Source: Bacteroidia bacterium (GTDB taxonomy: Bacteria; Bacteroidota; Bacteroidia; SpSt-205). Taken from it: DNA of 64,000 nucleotides. The stretch spans positions 269,345-333,344 of the forward strand of contig BPGW01000002.1 in NCBI GenBank assembly GCA_026003235.1. Direction: 5' to 3'. Below the pieces are notes generated by a model. That model saw nothing but the letters and a program-made list of their open reading frames with translations, had not been told where the DNA came from and did not search any database. The position numbers and the translations under genes are program-made. Of this stretch, positions 44,574-54,277 are shown piece after piece (positions within the stretch are counted from its first letter, which is position 1; the number at the start of each line of letters is the position of its first letter).

Positions 44574-46216
44574 GGGAAGGGGACCTGCTTATTGAACTGG
44601 CTTGGCAAGCGGGAGACACCTTAGAGAAGTGGGGCCTGCGGTTTCTCCACCTCTTATGCGCGCGGGTTCCTTGTCTGCAAGCGGTGTTATACGGCCATGT
44701 GGAGGAGGGGATATTAGAGTATATAGCGGGGTATGCGGTTCAGACCTCGCCACCCGCTCGCTTTCTGTGGGGTGAAGGGCTTCTGGGAGAAGCGGCGCAG
44801 TTGGGCCAGCCTATCCTTAGGCCCTTGTCGGAGGCTTCGCCACGGCTGTATGGGCTGGCGGCGGTAAAGCCCGCCTTTTATTGGGCTTATCCCTGGGTCT
44901 ATCAAGGCAAAGCTCGCGCCGTCGTGGAAGCCCTCCTATGGAGGGAGCTTTCCCCGCAGGAAGAGACCTGGCTCCAAGAACAAAGCCCTCTCTTGTCCAT
45001 GCTGGCCAGTGGAGTCTTTCAGCAGGAGCGCATCCAGCGCCTTCTGGCTGAGCTGCAGGCTCAGAATGCCCTCCTGCAAGAAAACCTCCGTCGCCTGGAA
45101 GAGACCCAAGCCGAACTTCAGGCGCTGAACGCTTCCCTGGAAGCGCGGGTGGAAGAGCGCACGCAGGCGCTGCGCCAAGCGCTTCAGGAGCTGAGTAGCA
45201 CCCAGCAGCAGCTCATTCTCTCGGAAAAGATGGCGGCCTTAGGGCAGCTCGTGGCCGGCGTAGCCCACGAAATCAACAGCCCCCTTGGCGCTATCAAGGG
45301 TTCGGCCGAAACCCTCCTTGAGGCGCTGCCTCTCCTCTGGAAGAGCCTACTGGATGGGGTGGCGCACGATCCCGCTACCCTGACAGCCGGCCTGGAATGG
45401 GTACAGGCTTACCTACAGCGTACAGATCGCCCGGTGCTCACCTCCCGGGAAGAGCGGGCCTTGCGAAAAACATACCTCCAACAGCTCCAGGCCGCAGGAT
45501 GGACCGAAGACGCCGACTCTATAGCCCGCCGCCTCGTGGAAGCGGGCTTCATCTTGGAGGACTTGAGCCCGCTTTTTCCTCTCTTGCGGCTGCCACAGGG
45601 GCTGGACCTCCTCTATCTGGCCGGCCAGCTCAAGCTCCAGCTGGAAAACATCGTGCTGGCCGCTAACCGAACCCGTAAGACCGTTTTCGCCCTCAAAAGC
45701 TATGCCCATACCACCGACCGAACCCATCCGGTTCTCACCCGCTTGGAGGAGAGCCTGGAGACAGTCCTGACGCTCTATCATCACCAGCTCAAGCACGGTA
45801 TCACCGTCCATACCGAGTATGACCCTGCGATTCCCCCGCTCTACCTGTATGCCGACGAGATAGCGCAGGTCTGGACCAACCTCATCCAGAACGCTTACCA
45901 GGCTATGCAGGGCCAAGGGGAGCTGTATGTACGCACCTTTCAAGAAGGGGATCTGTACGCGGTGCGCATCACGGACACAGGGCCGGGCATTCCTCCAGAA
46001 GTGCTGCCCCGGATCTTTGAACCCTTCTTCACCACCAAGCCCAAGGGAGAAGGCACCGGCCTCGGCCTGGATATCTGCCGCCGTATCGTGGAAAAGCATC
46101 GGGGCCACATCACCGTGCAAAGCCAACCCGGACGCACCGCCTTTACTGTTTACCTTCCGCGTATCTTAGCTCAGCCTCATTGGCACGAAGATGGAACTGC
46201 TATTGAACGGGTTTGA
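44570..46216 (+). CDS. Cytoplasmic sensor histidine kinase (GAF-like N-terminus, coiled coil, HisKA, HATPase_c)
   Basis: H-box [17 protein letters not shown]-box [10 protein letters not shown], and G-boxes DTGPGIP and [13 protein letters not shown]. Start set at ATG 44570; the track start at 44468 would overlap the microprotein frame. Confidence 0.8.
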   Translation: MREGDLLIELAWQAGDTLEKWGLRFLHLLCARVPCLQAVLYGHVEEGILEYIAGYAVQTSPPARFLWGEGLLGEAAQLGQPILRPLSEASPRLYGLAAVKPAFYWAYPWVYQGKARAVVEALLWRELSPQEETWLQEQSPLLSMLASGVFQQERIQRLLAELQAQNALLQENLRRLEETQAELQALNASLEARVEERTQALRQALQELSSTQQQLILSEKMAALGQLVAGVAHEINSPLGAIKGSAETLLEALPLLWKSLLDGVAHDPATLTAGLEWVQAYLQRTDRPVLTSREERALRKTYLQQLQAAGWTEDADSIARRLVEAGFILEDLSPLFPLLRLPQGLDLLYLAGQLKLQLENIVLAANRTRKTVFALKSYAHTTDRTHPVLTRLEESLETVLTLYHHQLKHGITVHTEYDPAIPPLYLYADEIAQVWTNLIQNAYQAMQGQGELYVRTFQEGDLYAVRITDTGPGIPPEVLPRIFEPFFTTKPKGEGTGLGLDICRRIVEKHRGHITVQSQPGRTAFTVYLPRILAQPHWHEDGTAIERV

Positions 46217-46940
46217 GCACTTCGGGCGGTATCTTCTGCTTCTGCGCAGAAGCTTCACAGGCCTCTTGCGCTTTCGCTTGTACTGGAACCTCTGGACTTA
46301 CGAGTCCATTCAAATGGGGCGGGATAGCCTCTTCCTGGTGGCGATTATTTCTTTCTTTGTGGGGGCAGTGACGACCGTGCAAACCGCCTACCAAATCGTG
46401 TCGCCTTTCATCCCCAAATCCACCATCGGAGCTATCGTTTCTACTTCGGCGATTCTGGAGCTGGCGCCCACCATCACGTCGCTGGTGCTGGCGGGCCGCA
46501 TCGGCTCCAACATCGCTTCGCAAATCGGCTCCATGCGCGTGAGCGAACAGATCGACGCCTTGGAAGTGATGGGCATTAACTCCGCCACTTACCTCATCTT
46601 GCCAAGACTTTTTGGGGCGCTGGTGTTTTTCCCCATTCTCGTCATCTACTCCTGCGTGATCGTGCATGTGGGAGGAATCCTGGCGGGGGCGCTTACCTCT
46701 ACGGTGAACCCCACCCAGTTTGGGGTCGGAGCCCGCAGCTTTTTTGAGGATTTTCAGGTGGTTTTCATGCTCATCAAAGCGGTTACCTTTGGGTTTATCA
46801 TTTCCACGGTGTCGGCGTATCAGGGCTATTATGTGCGGGGGGGAGCGTTGGAGGTAGGCGCTGCCAGCACCCGCGCCGTGGTCGTGAGCTGCCTCATGAT
46901 CCTCGTGGCGGATTATGTCCTGGCCCAGCTCCTTCTATGA
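46191..46940 (+). CDS. mlaE: MlaE-family ABC transporter permease
   Basis: About 249 aa with 5-6 TM segments. Motifs GAVTTVQTAYQ, ELAPTITSLVLAGRIGS..ASQIGSMRVSEQIDALEVMG are typical of MlaE/Ttg2B. Confidence 0.8.
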   Translation: MELLLNGFEHFGRYLLLLRRSFTGLLRFRLYWNLWTYESIQMGRDSLFLVAIISFFVGAVTTVQTAYQIVSPFIPKSTIGAIVSTSAILELAPTITSLVLAGRIGSNIASQIGSMRVSEQIDALEVMGINSATYLILPRLFGALVFFPILVIYSCVIVHVGGILAGALTSTVNPTQFGVGARSFFEDFQVVFMLIKAVTFGFIISTVSAYQGYYVRGGALEVGAASTRAVVVSCLMILVADYVLAQLLL

Positions 46941-47707
46941 GCAGCCTGCGTGTGGAAGGCCTCGCTAAATGGTTTGGCAGGCAGCAGGTGCTGTACGATA
47001 TTTCCTTTGCGTGTGAGCCAGGCAAAGTCAACATGATCATTGGCCCCAGCGGCTGCGGCAAAACGGTCCTCCTCAAGTGCATCGTGGGCCTTATCCAACC
47101 TGACCGGGGGAAAGTGTTTTTTGGCGATCTGGAATTTCTGAGCGCTAAGCCTCAAGACCGACAAGCGATTCTGCGCAACCTGGGTATGCTTTTTCAGTCG
47201 TCGGCGCTTTTTGATTCCATGACGGTGGGGGAAAATGTGGCCTTTCCCCTGCGGGTATTTACCCGCCAGTCCGAAAAGCAGATTCAGGATCGGGTGGCCT
47301 ACTGTCTGGAGCGGGTAGGGCTGGCCGGCACCCAGGATAAGTATCCCGCACAGCTTTCCGGTGGGATGAAGCGCCGGGTAGGCTTGGCCCGTGCCATCGC
47401 CCTCAATCCGCAGTACCTTTTCTGCGACGAACCAAACTCAGGTCTGGACCCCCTTACGGCTCGTCGGATAGACGCCCTCATCCGGGAGCTTACGCAGGAG
47501 TTTGGCACCACCACCCTCGTCGTCACGCATGATCTCAAAAGCGTCGTAGACATGGGCGAGAAAATTCTCTTTCTATACGAAGGCCGGGCCGAATGGCAAG
47601 GCACCCGCGAAGAGCTCTTGGGCGCGGTGGAGACGATGCCTCCTAACCTGCAGGCTTTCCTGCGGGCTTCAGGCCTGGTGGAGCCAAGCAAAGCCGGAAA
47701 GCCGTAA
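46937..47707 (+). CDS. mlaF: MlaF-like ABC transporter ATP-binding protein
   Basis: Walker A GPSGCGKT, signature LSGGMKRRV, Walker [12 protein letters not shown] and an H-loop (VTHD). Confidence 0.85.
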   Translation: MSSLRVEGLAKWFGRQQVLYDISFACEPGKVNMIIGPSGCGKTVLLKCIVGLIQPDRGKVFFGDLEFLSAKPQDRQAILRNLGMLFQSSALFDSMTVGENVAFPLRVFTRQSEKQIQDRVAYCLERVGLAGTQDKYPAQLSGGMKRRVGLARAIALNPQYLFCDEPNSGLDPLTARRIDALIRELTQEFGTTTLVVTHDLKSVVDMGEKILFLYEGRAEWQGTREELLGAVETMPPNLQAFLRASGLVEPSKAGKP

Positions 47708-47721
47708 CTTTAGCCCCCCCT

Positions 47722-49104
47722 ATGCAAACCTACCGAACCGAATACGATACCCTTGGCGAGGTCCAAGTGCCGGCCGACCGGCTGTGGGGCGCGCAAACCC
47801 AGCGTTCGCTTCAAAACTTCCGGATTGGGGGCCACCGCATGCCCAAAGAAGTCATCTATGCCTTGGCCCTGGCTAAAAAAGCCGCCGCCCTCACCAACGC
47901 CGAACTGGGCACCCTCCCACCAGACAAAGCCCAAATCATAGCAGAAGTCTGCGATGAGATTCTGGCAGGGCAGTGGGACGATCACTTTCCTTTGGTGGTG
48001 TGGCAAACCGGCTCGGGCACCCAAACCAACATGAATGTGAACGAAGTGATCGCCAACCGAGCCAACCAAAAACTTGGCCAGCCCCTCGGCGCCAAAAAGC
48101 CCATCCACCCCAACGACGATGTCAACCGTTCCCAATCGTCCAACGATGTGTTTCCCACCGCCATGCACATTGCGGCCTACAAAGCGGTGGTGGAGCAGCT
48201 CCTGCCCGCCCTGCGCAAGCTCCACGATGCTTTGGCAGAGAAAGCCCAGGCTTTTCGCGACATTGTCAAGGTGGGGCGCACGCACCTCATGGATGCCGTG
48301 CCCATGCGTTTAGGGCAAGAGTTCTCGGGGTATGCGCAGCAGGTGGCCGACAGCATCGCTCATATAGAACGGGTTTTGCCTGAGATAGCCCAACTGGCGC
48401 TGGGAGGCACCGCCGTGGGCACCGGCCTCAACGCTCCCAAGGGATTTGCGGAGAAAGTCGCCCAAAAAATCGCCCAGCTGACGGGGTATCCCTTTGTCTC
48501 GGCGCCTAATAAGTTTGCAGCTTTAGCTGCGCACGATGGGCTGGTGGCGCTCTCCGGGGCCCTTCGCCGGACCGCGGTCGCCCTCATGAAGATAGCCAAC
48601 GACATTCGGTTGCTGGGGTCAGGCCCCCGCGCCGGCTTAGCCGAACTCAACCTGCCTGAAAACGAACCCGGTTCCTCCATCATGCCCGGCAAGGTCAACC
48701 CCACCCAAAGCGAAGCCCTGACCATGGTCTGCTGCCAGGTGATCGGCCACGATGCCGCCGTAACCTGCGGCGCCTTCCAGGGTCACCTGGAGCTCAATGT
48801 CTTCAAACCCCTCCTCATCTACAACGTGCTGGAGTCTATCCGGCTTCTGGCGGATGCTTGCCACTCTTTCACGGACAACTGCGTGGTGGGCATTGAACCC
48901 AATCGGCCTGCGATTCAGCGGCACCTGGATCGGAGTCTAATGCTGGTGACCGCCCTCAACCCCATCATCGGCTACGAAAAAGCCGCTAAAATCGCCCAGA
49001 AAGCGCACAAAGAAGACAAAACCCTCAAAGAGGCGGCGGTAGAGTTAGGTTATCTTTCGGCGGAGGAGTTTGACCGGTATGTGCGGCCTGAAACGATGGT
49101 CTGA
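47722..49104 (+). CDS. fumC: Class II fumarate hydratase
   Basis: [16 protein letters not shown] fumarate-lyase signature, [14 protein letters not shown] and [11 protein letters not shown]. Confidence 0.95.
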   Translation: MQTYRTEYDTLGEVQVPADRLWGAQTQRSLQNFRIGGHRMPKEVIYALALAKKAAALTNAELGTLPPDKAQIIAEVCDEILAGQWDDHFPLVVWQTGSGTQTNMNVNEVIANRANQKLGQPLGAKKPIHPNDDVNRSQSSNDVFPTAMHIAAYKAVVEQLLPALRKLHDALAEKAQAFRDIVKVGRTHLMDAVPMRLGQEFSGYAQQVADSIAHIERVLPEIAQLALGGTAVGTGLNAPKGFAEKVAQKIAQLTGYPFVSAPNKFAALAAHDGLVALSGALRRTAVALMKIANDIRLLGSGPRAGLAELNLPENEPGSSIMPGKVNPTQSEALTMVCCQVIGHDAAVTCGAFQGHLELNVFKPLLIYNVLESIRLLADACHSFTDNCVVGIEPNRPAIQRHLDRSLMLVTALNPIIGYEKAAKIAQKAHKEDKTLKEAAVELGYLSAEEFDRYVRPETMV

Positions 49105-49106
49105 AG

Positions 49107-50606
49107 ATGACCTCGCTTCCCCCGCTTCTGTGGGAGGAGGAGCCTCTCCTGCAGGCCCTGACCGCCACGGCCGATGAACTGGGGCAACCTACCTACTTGG
49201 TAGGGGGGTGGGTGCGGGACTGGCTGTTGACGGGTGAGCGGGGCCGCTCCCTGGATGTGGTGACCGTGGGGCATCCCACTCGCTTTGCTGAGCGGTTAGC
49301 GCAACGACTCGGTACCACCCTGGCCGCGGAATATCGGCGCTTTTATGTGGCCGTGGTGCATTGGCAAGACTATGAGGTGGAAGTCGTAGCCCCCCGCAAG
49401 GAAAGCTACAGCCCCGACTCCCGCAACCCCGAAGTGGCCCCCGCCACTCTGGAAGAAGACTTCCTGCGGCGAGACTTCACCATCAACGCCCTCTATGTGG
49501 CCTTGCACTCCGCCCAAAAAGGCGAGCTGATAGACCCTTTTCACGGCATCCGCGACCTGGCTCATAAGATAATCCGCACCCCTACCGATCCGGTGCGTAC
49601 TTTCACCGACGATCCGCTGCGCATGCTGCGGGCCGTGCGGTTTGCTGTACGGCTCGGCTTCACCCTTGAATCCGAAACGTACGCCGCCATCCGCAGCCAA
49701 GCATCTCGCCTCGCTATCGTTTCCCCCGAACGCATCGTGGAAGAGTTCCACAAAATCCTTCTCAGTCCGGATCCGGTTCGGGGGCTTCAGATGCTCTTTG
49801 ATACGGGCCTTTTGGCGCAGTTTCTACCGGAGGTGGCGGCGTTGGCGGGCACCGAGACCCAGCAGGGCTATAGCCACAAAGACAACTTTGCCCATACCCT
49901 CAAGGTGTTGGAGCAGCTTCTGGCTCAGCGACCCGATGCCAACCTGTGGCTGCGCTGGGCGGCCCTCCTACACGACATTGGCAAACCCTTCACTAAGCGC
50001 TTCGATCCCCAAGTGGGGTGGACTTTCCACCTCCACGAAGAAGTCGGCGCCAAAAAAGTCAAAGAGATTTTTAGACGACTTCGGCTCCCTTTGGATGAGC
50101 GCCTGCGCTATGTGCAGAAGCTGGTTCGGCTCCATGGCCGGCCGATTGCCCTGGCCCAGGAAGGGGTGACCGACAGCGCCATCCGCCGGCTGATTGTAGA
50201 GGCGGGTGAAGACTTACAGGACCTTATCCTCCTGTGCCGCAGCGACGTCACGACGCGAAACCTTCGGCGGCGTGCGCGTTTCCTTCAGAACTTTGATCGG
50301 GTGATGCAGCGGGTGTGGGAAGTGCGTGAGCGGGACCGCCTGGCCGCCTTTCAGCCGCCGATTCGGGGCGACCTCATTATGCAAACGTACAACCTACCCC
50401 CCGGCCCCCTCGTGGGCCAAATCAAAGAGGCCATCCGCCAGGCTATCCTGGAAGGGATCATTCCCAACGACTTTGACGCAGCGTACGCCTACATGCAGCA
50501 AATAGCCCCAGCGATCTTAGCGGGCCAGCCAATTCCACAAGAGCTTCGCCAGAATCCCGAGCACGAAAAGGGAGAGGGAAATAAAGTTGGTTCGCCGCAT
50601 AAATAG
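49107..50606 (+). CDS. cca: CCA-adding tRNA nucleotidyltransferase / poly(A) polymerase family protein with HD domain
   Basis: LVGGWVRDWLL, RRDFTINAL and DPLRMLRAVRFA (head and neck domains), plus the HD domain LLHDIGKP. Confidence 0.8.
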   Translation: MTSLPPLLWEEEPLLQALTATADELGQPTYLVGGWVRDWLLTGERGRSLDVVTVGHPTRFAERLAQRLGTTLAAEYRRFYVAVVHWQDYEVEVVAPRKESYSPDSRNPEVAPATLEEDFLRRDFTINALYVALHSAQKGELIDPFHGIRDLAHKIIRTPTDPVRTFTDDPLRMLRAVRFAVRLGFTLESETYAAIRSQASRLAIVSPERIVEEFHKILLSPDPVRGLQMLFDTGLLAQFLPEVAALAGTETQQGYSHKDNFAHTLKVLEQLLAQRPDANLWLRWAALLHDIGKPFTKRFDPQVGWTFHLHEEVGAKKVKEIFRRLRLPLDERLRYVQKLVRLHGRPIALAQEGVTDSAIRRLIVEAGEDLQDLILLCRSDVTTRNLRRRARFLQNFDRVMQRVWEVRERDRLAAFQPPIRGDLIMQTYNLPPGPLVGQIKEAIRQAILEGIIPNDFDAAYAYMQQIAPAILAGQPIPQELRQNPEHEKGEGNKVGSPHK

Positions 50607-50732
50607 CAGGTTGAACCGGCTCGTGCCCGACAAATGCTGCACCTGCGAAGCTCGCGGGTCAAAAGCACGCCACAGCCACCGCATACGAGGCAGAACAATT
50701 TTGCCGGGAGGAAGGTTGAGCACCCTGCCCTG

Positions 50733-52258
50733 CTAAGGATTCCACACCTTCCACTGGTAAGCGCCAGAAGGGGTGATCAGCCGCAGCAAGAACACCGTAC
50801 TGGCCGGCACCGAGAAGGCTTGGTCACTCCCGCCCCGATACAGTAGGCGACCTTGGAGGTCGTAGAGTTCTATCTGGCCTTTTTCAGGCGCTTCTAAGCG
50901 GATCTGGTCCCCGCTCCGAGCCAAGAAGGGAAGCCAGCTCGTAGGGGTAATCGTAAGCGGTACAGCACAGTCTTGGAAGCATCCTGAGGGCGTGTGCGTG
51001 ATGCGAAAGCTTACCGCATAACCGCCTTGGCTTGTGTAAGTGTGAGAGAGGGTGGTCGGTAAAGTAGAGGCGCTGGTTGTCTGAGGGCCGCTTCCATCGT
51101 CAGGGTTCCAAACGATAGAGAAGGGGCCGGTGGGCAGGTCCGTACCCCCAATCGTAAAAGTAACGGGCGAATTAGGCGGTGCGGGGTTCGGACTTGCCTG
51201 ACAACTCAGCCCGGCAAAACTCACGACGTAGATGGGTTCTTCGTTGCTGACGGCGGCCGGGTTTGAGCTTGCGATGCGAATCTTGTAATTACCGCTGGGC
51301 AGGCTGGTAGGCAAGGTAGCCGAAAGAGGGCTGGTTGAGCCGCTGCCTATCGGGGTGGGGTTGGCAAAAGAGCCTGTAGCGTCTGAGAGCTGTACGGTGA
51401 AAGTATTCGTGGGGTCAAAGGTGCCGGTGGTGGAAAAAGACAGCGAGAGCCCGCTGCCTGCACAGGCCTGAGGGACGGGGGGGGTGAGGGTGATGGTCAC
51501 AGGGGGCCCTCCACCGCCTGAGCCGGGCTCCCATACGCGCACTTCGTCTACCCCGAAGGGCGGGTCGTCATGGTCGCCTGTCGCAGTGCCTGCTTGGTTT
51601 ACAAACCGAAACCCAAGGTAGACCGTGATGGGCCGGCTCACCGGCAGAAGGATGGTATCGGCGTACCAGCCCCCAGTAAGCCGCAGTTGCGAGCTTCCAT
51701 TGCGGGAGGTAAGCTGGGTCCAGCTGGTCCCATTGGTGCTGTAATAGACTTCGCCATAGGCTTTGTTGCCCCCTTGGCACAGCCAGAAAAAGCTCACGTA
51801 CACAGGTTGGCTGCCGGCCGGTATGGAGATGGCGGGGCTTTTGGCAAAAATATTAGCGGCGGGGAAGCAGGGAAAAATCGTCGTTGGCGCCAGATACGAA
51901 AAGGTCGTAAGCGAAGGGGGGCAAGAGTTTCCGTAGGCGGGGTCGTAAGAGACGTGTAGGAAGGCCGAGCGGGGGCTGCCTGTTACAGCGGCGGGCTGGT
52001 CCGGGATAAGAGGGATGGGATAGTTCTGACACCCGAGGGAAAACTGGCAATAGCTCACATCCACGGGCACTTGTGGGTGGTGACGTCGTTGTAGTCGGCG
52101 CTGACGACCCAGCGGTTGTAGAGGGTGGTGGTGGTGCTGGAGAAGTCGCTGGTGTTGAGCTGCCAGCCTCCGGCTCCGCTGTTGAAGGTCTCCTGGTAGT
52201 GGAGGGTCTGAGCGGCCAAGAAGGCCAGGCAGTTGAGGAGGGATAGGGTTTTAGGCAT
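50733..52258 (-). pseudogene. Secreted T9SS cargo protein of unknown function, split by one frameshift near 52060
   Basis: ORF 52258-52055 encodes a signal peptide and N-terminus (MPKTLSLLNCLAFLAAQT..YNDVTTHKCPWM*). ORF 52070-50733 continues as PVDVSYCQF... and ends in a T9SS CTD (IELYDLQGRLLYRG..VFLLRLITPSGAYQWKVWNP). Confidence 0.6.
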
Positions 52259-52262
52259 AAGA

Positions 52263-52270
52263 CAAAGTTA
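52263..52270 (-). promoter_or_regulatory. -7 promoter element (TAACTTTG on minus strand)
   Basis: Plus strand reads caaagtta, 4 nt upstream of ATG 52258. Confidence 0.5.
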
Positions 52271-52344
52271 CAGGCTTGTAAACCAAAAATCCAAATCTCA
52301 GCCGGGCAGGGGAGGGTAGGTGGGGAGGTCAAGAGGAAAAGTTG

Positions 52345-52352
52345 TACCTTTG
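52345..52352 (+). promoter_or_regulatory. -7 promoter element (TACCTTTG) for the tRNA Ser-Pro-Arg cluster
   Basis: tacctttg ends 8 nt upstream of the tRNA-Ser 5' end. Confidence 0.55.
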
Positions 52353-52360
52353 CAGGGTCA

Positions 52361-52451
52361 GGTGAGGTGCCCGAGTGGCCGAAGGGGGTAGTTTGCTAAA
52401 CTACTGTACGGGTGAAAGCCCGTACCGCGGGTTCGAATCCCGCCCTCACCG
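52361..52451 (+). tRNA. tRNA-Ser (anticodon GCT)
   Basis: Acceptor stem GGTGAGG/CCTCACC, anticodon arm GTAGT-TTGCTAA-ACTAC, a long variable arm (GTACGGG..CCCGTAC) and T-arm GCGGG-TTCGAAT-CCCGC. Confidence 0.9.
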
Positions 52452-52454
52452 CGG

Positions 52455-52528
52455 CGAGGCGTAGCGCAGCCCGGTAGCGCACCTGCTTTGGGAGCAGGGG
52501 GTCAGCGGTTCAAATCCGCTCGCCTCGA
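52455..52528 (+). tRNA. tRNA-Pro (anticodon TGG)
   Basis: Acceptor stem CGAGGCG/CGCCTCG, anticodon arm CCTGC-TTTGGGA-GCAGG, T-arm AGCGG-TTCAAAT-CCGCT. 74 nt. Confidence 0.9.
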
Positions 52529-52535
52529 CGGCGCT

Positions 52536-52609
52536 GGCCCCGTAGCTCAATCGGATAGAGCACGGGATTTCTAATCCCGCGGTTGCAGGTTCGAATCCTG
52601 CCGGGGTCG
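52536..52609 (+). tRNA. tRNA-Arg (anticodon TCT)
   Basis: Acceptor stem GGCCCCG/CGGGGTC, anticodon arm CGGGA-TTTCTAA-TCCCG, T-arm GCAGG-TTCGAAT-CCTGC. 74 nt. Confidence 0.9.
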
Positions 52610-52705
52610 CAGCCCCCACGCGACCGCCAGCACGCCAAAAGGCATCTGCACGTCTACATACCGCCGCTCTACCAGGCCCAGCGCTACGTAGGCCAGGATA
52701 GGCAG

Positions 52706-54028
52706 TCAGGCAAAAGCCGCACAGACTCGCATAAAGGGGTTCCTTCGCTTGGAGAGAAGCCCTGCGGCTATCAAAATCAGCGCCAGCAAGAAGGCGAAAA
52801 GCCCGTAGTAGGCTTTTCGCAGGGGAGAGGTGGGGCGGCTGCAGGTGGGTACATAAGCCAGGTCACGCAGGCGGCGCAAAGTCGCAGCCACCCCTCGCCA
52901 GGGATGGGCAGCTTTGTAGGCTTCGGCGCAGGCCTGTAGCCGCCGCAGGAGGAGGGCCTCCTGGGCGCAGTTTTCAGGCGAAGGGGCCGGATCATCCAAC
53001 CTCAGAGGACGGTGGGCTATCACATACGAGGGGGAGTGTAGCAAAGCGCAAATGTCCCGCCCCCAGGCATAGAGGCTCTCCGGCGGACACGCCGCAAAGC
53101 CCTCCAACGAGGCAAAGGCTTTTTTCCAGACCTTGAGCGGCGGTACGGAGTCGGCCCGGCAAAGCAAAAGCCCATACGGATGCGCTGCCTCACACCAGAT
53201 CATGCCTGTGTCGTAGCCTAAGGCCCCCAAGAGCGCCCGTACCCCCGGCGTAATGTCCTCGTACATCCCCAGTGCAAGGGTCGTGTGGGTTCCGGAGAGG
53301 GGACGAAAATCGCCATACAGCCGGGCATTGCGCAGAATCCAGGCTCCCTCCAGCAAGCAGAAAGGCAGGCTCAGCAGGGCCAGGGCTTTTTTTCCGCCTG
53401 TATGCCAGGCATACAGGCCTGCCGGCGCCAGCCATACCCCCAACACAGGCCGCATAAAGAAAGCCCAGGTCAATCCCAACCCCGCTCCTACCCACCAGCG
53501 CCTGTAGAGGGCATAAAGTCCTATTAGCCCGAGCCCTACGGCGTACGGTTCTGTAACAGGCGCCCGCCCGTAGTAAGTCAGGGGCGAAGCCAGCACCAAG
53601 CCCATTCCGAGAGCGATGGGCAAGGGTTTGTAACCCTGTTTTTCCAGCTGGGCTGCCCACCCGCCCATACCCGCCGCCCATACCAGCAATCCGCCTACAG
53701 CAAGCACCCACAAGGCAAGGTCCCAGCTCCGGGTAAGCAGGTATACGAGTCCAAAAATAGCTCCATAGCCAGGCATGCGGTAATCGGGCTGGTACATGCC
53801 ATGCTGGAGTAGGCCGTATACAGGCTCCAGATACCCTGGGGTATCGCCACCAGGGACAAACCACTCTACAGGACCAAGCTTTAGGTTGAAGGTGCAGTAG
53901 GGGCTTTCCTGGCAAGACCGATAAAGGGCCGGGTCCTTCAGCCGCTTGTAACTGTGCAGCCAGAAGGGCACCTGATATAGCATACACCCTCCCAGCACCA
54001 GCCCTGTCCACCGCAGCCAAGAACCCAT
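52706..54028 (-). CDS. Polytopic membrane protein (possible GT-C/ArnT-like glycosyltransferase), resident GC-rich copy, ending at an in-frame TGA
   Basis: 440 aa with at least 7 hydrophobic segments and a Cys-containing soluble region. The same frame continues past TGA 52706-52708 as LPILAYVALGLVERRYVDVQMPFGVLAVAWG. That stretch aligns to the C-terminus of the paralogue at 54278-55690. The function call is tentative. Confidence 0.6.
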   Translation of the reverse strand: MGSWLRWTGLVLGGCMLYQVPFWLHSYKRLKDPALYRSCQESPYCTFNLKLGPVEWFVPGGDTPGYLEPVYGLLQHGMYQPDYRMPGYGAIFGLVYLLTRSWDLALWVLAVGGLLVWAAGMGGWAAQLEKQGYKPLPIALGMGLVLASPLTYYGRAPVTEPYAVGLGLIGLYALYRRWWVGAGLGLTWAFFMRPVLGVWLAPAGLYAWHTGGKKALALLSLPFCLLEGAWILRNARLYGDFRPLSGTHTTLALGMYEDITPGVRALLGALGYDTGMIWCEAAHPYGLLLCRADSVPPLKVWKKAFASLEGFAACPPESLYAWGRDICALLHSPSYVIAHRPLRLDDPAPSPENCAQEALLLRRLQACAEAYKAAHPWRGVAATLRRLRDLAYVPTCSRPTSPLRKAYYGLFAFLLALILIAAGLLSKRRNPFMRVCAAFA

Positions 54029-54054
54029 CGGACGAAAATCGGGATTTTTGCGGC

Positions 54055-54240
54055 ATGTATCGGGTGGGTATCCTGGGAGGAGGACAACTGGGCCGCATGC
54101 TTATCCAGGCGGCGATTGACCTGGACCTCAAAGTGTATGTGCTGGATAGTGCGCCGGATTCTCCTTGTGCGGGGATTGCGCACCGGTTTGTGGTGGGTTC
54201 GGTACGGGAGGCGGACACCGTAGAGCGGTTGGCTGCATAA
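54055..54240 (+). pseudogene. Truncated duplicate of the purK 5' end (61 codons)
   Basis: MYRVGILGGGQLGRMLIQAAIDLDLKVYVLDSAPDSPCAGIAHRFVVGSVREADTVERLAA*. Nucleotides 54085-54230 are identical to 55758-55903 in full-length purK. Confidence 0.75.
54076..54230 (+). repeat. Direct repeat, left copy (purK 5' region)
   Basis: 154/155 identical to 55749-55903 by manual alignment (single mismatch at 54084/55757), with a perfect 146-bp core. The offset is 1673 bp. Confidence 0.9.
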
Positions 54241-54277
54241 ATGCGAATTCATTTTGTAAGCATAGTGAAAAATCACT

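Noticed and set aside
50607-50732. A possible terminator hairpin (GCAGGT..ACCTGC) between the convergent cca and T9SS cargo genes.
   Set aside because: It has only a 6-bp stem with a loop of about 29 nt and no T-tract, which is too weak to call.
52706-52708. Considered whether the in-frame TGA could be a selenocysteine or a programmed read-through codon.
   Set aside because: The aligned residue in the paralogue is Phe or Thr, not Cys. I saw no SECIS-like hairpin just downstream, and nothing else in the window suggests TGA recoding.
54243-54248. Considered whether the GAATTC site right at the left junction of the purK-flanked unit hints at a cloning or vector artefact.
   Set aside because: A single 6-bp site in AT-rich DNA is expected by chance, and no vector-like sequence surrounds it. 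The idea cannot be supported from the sequence.
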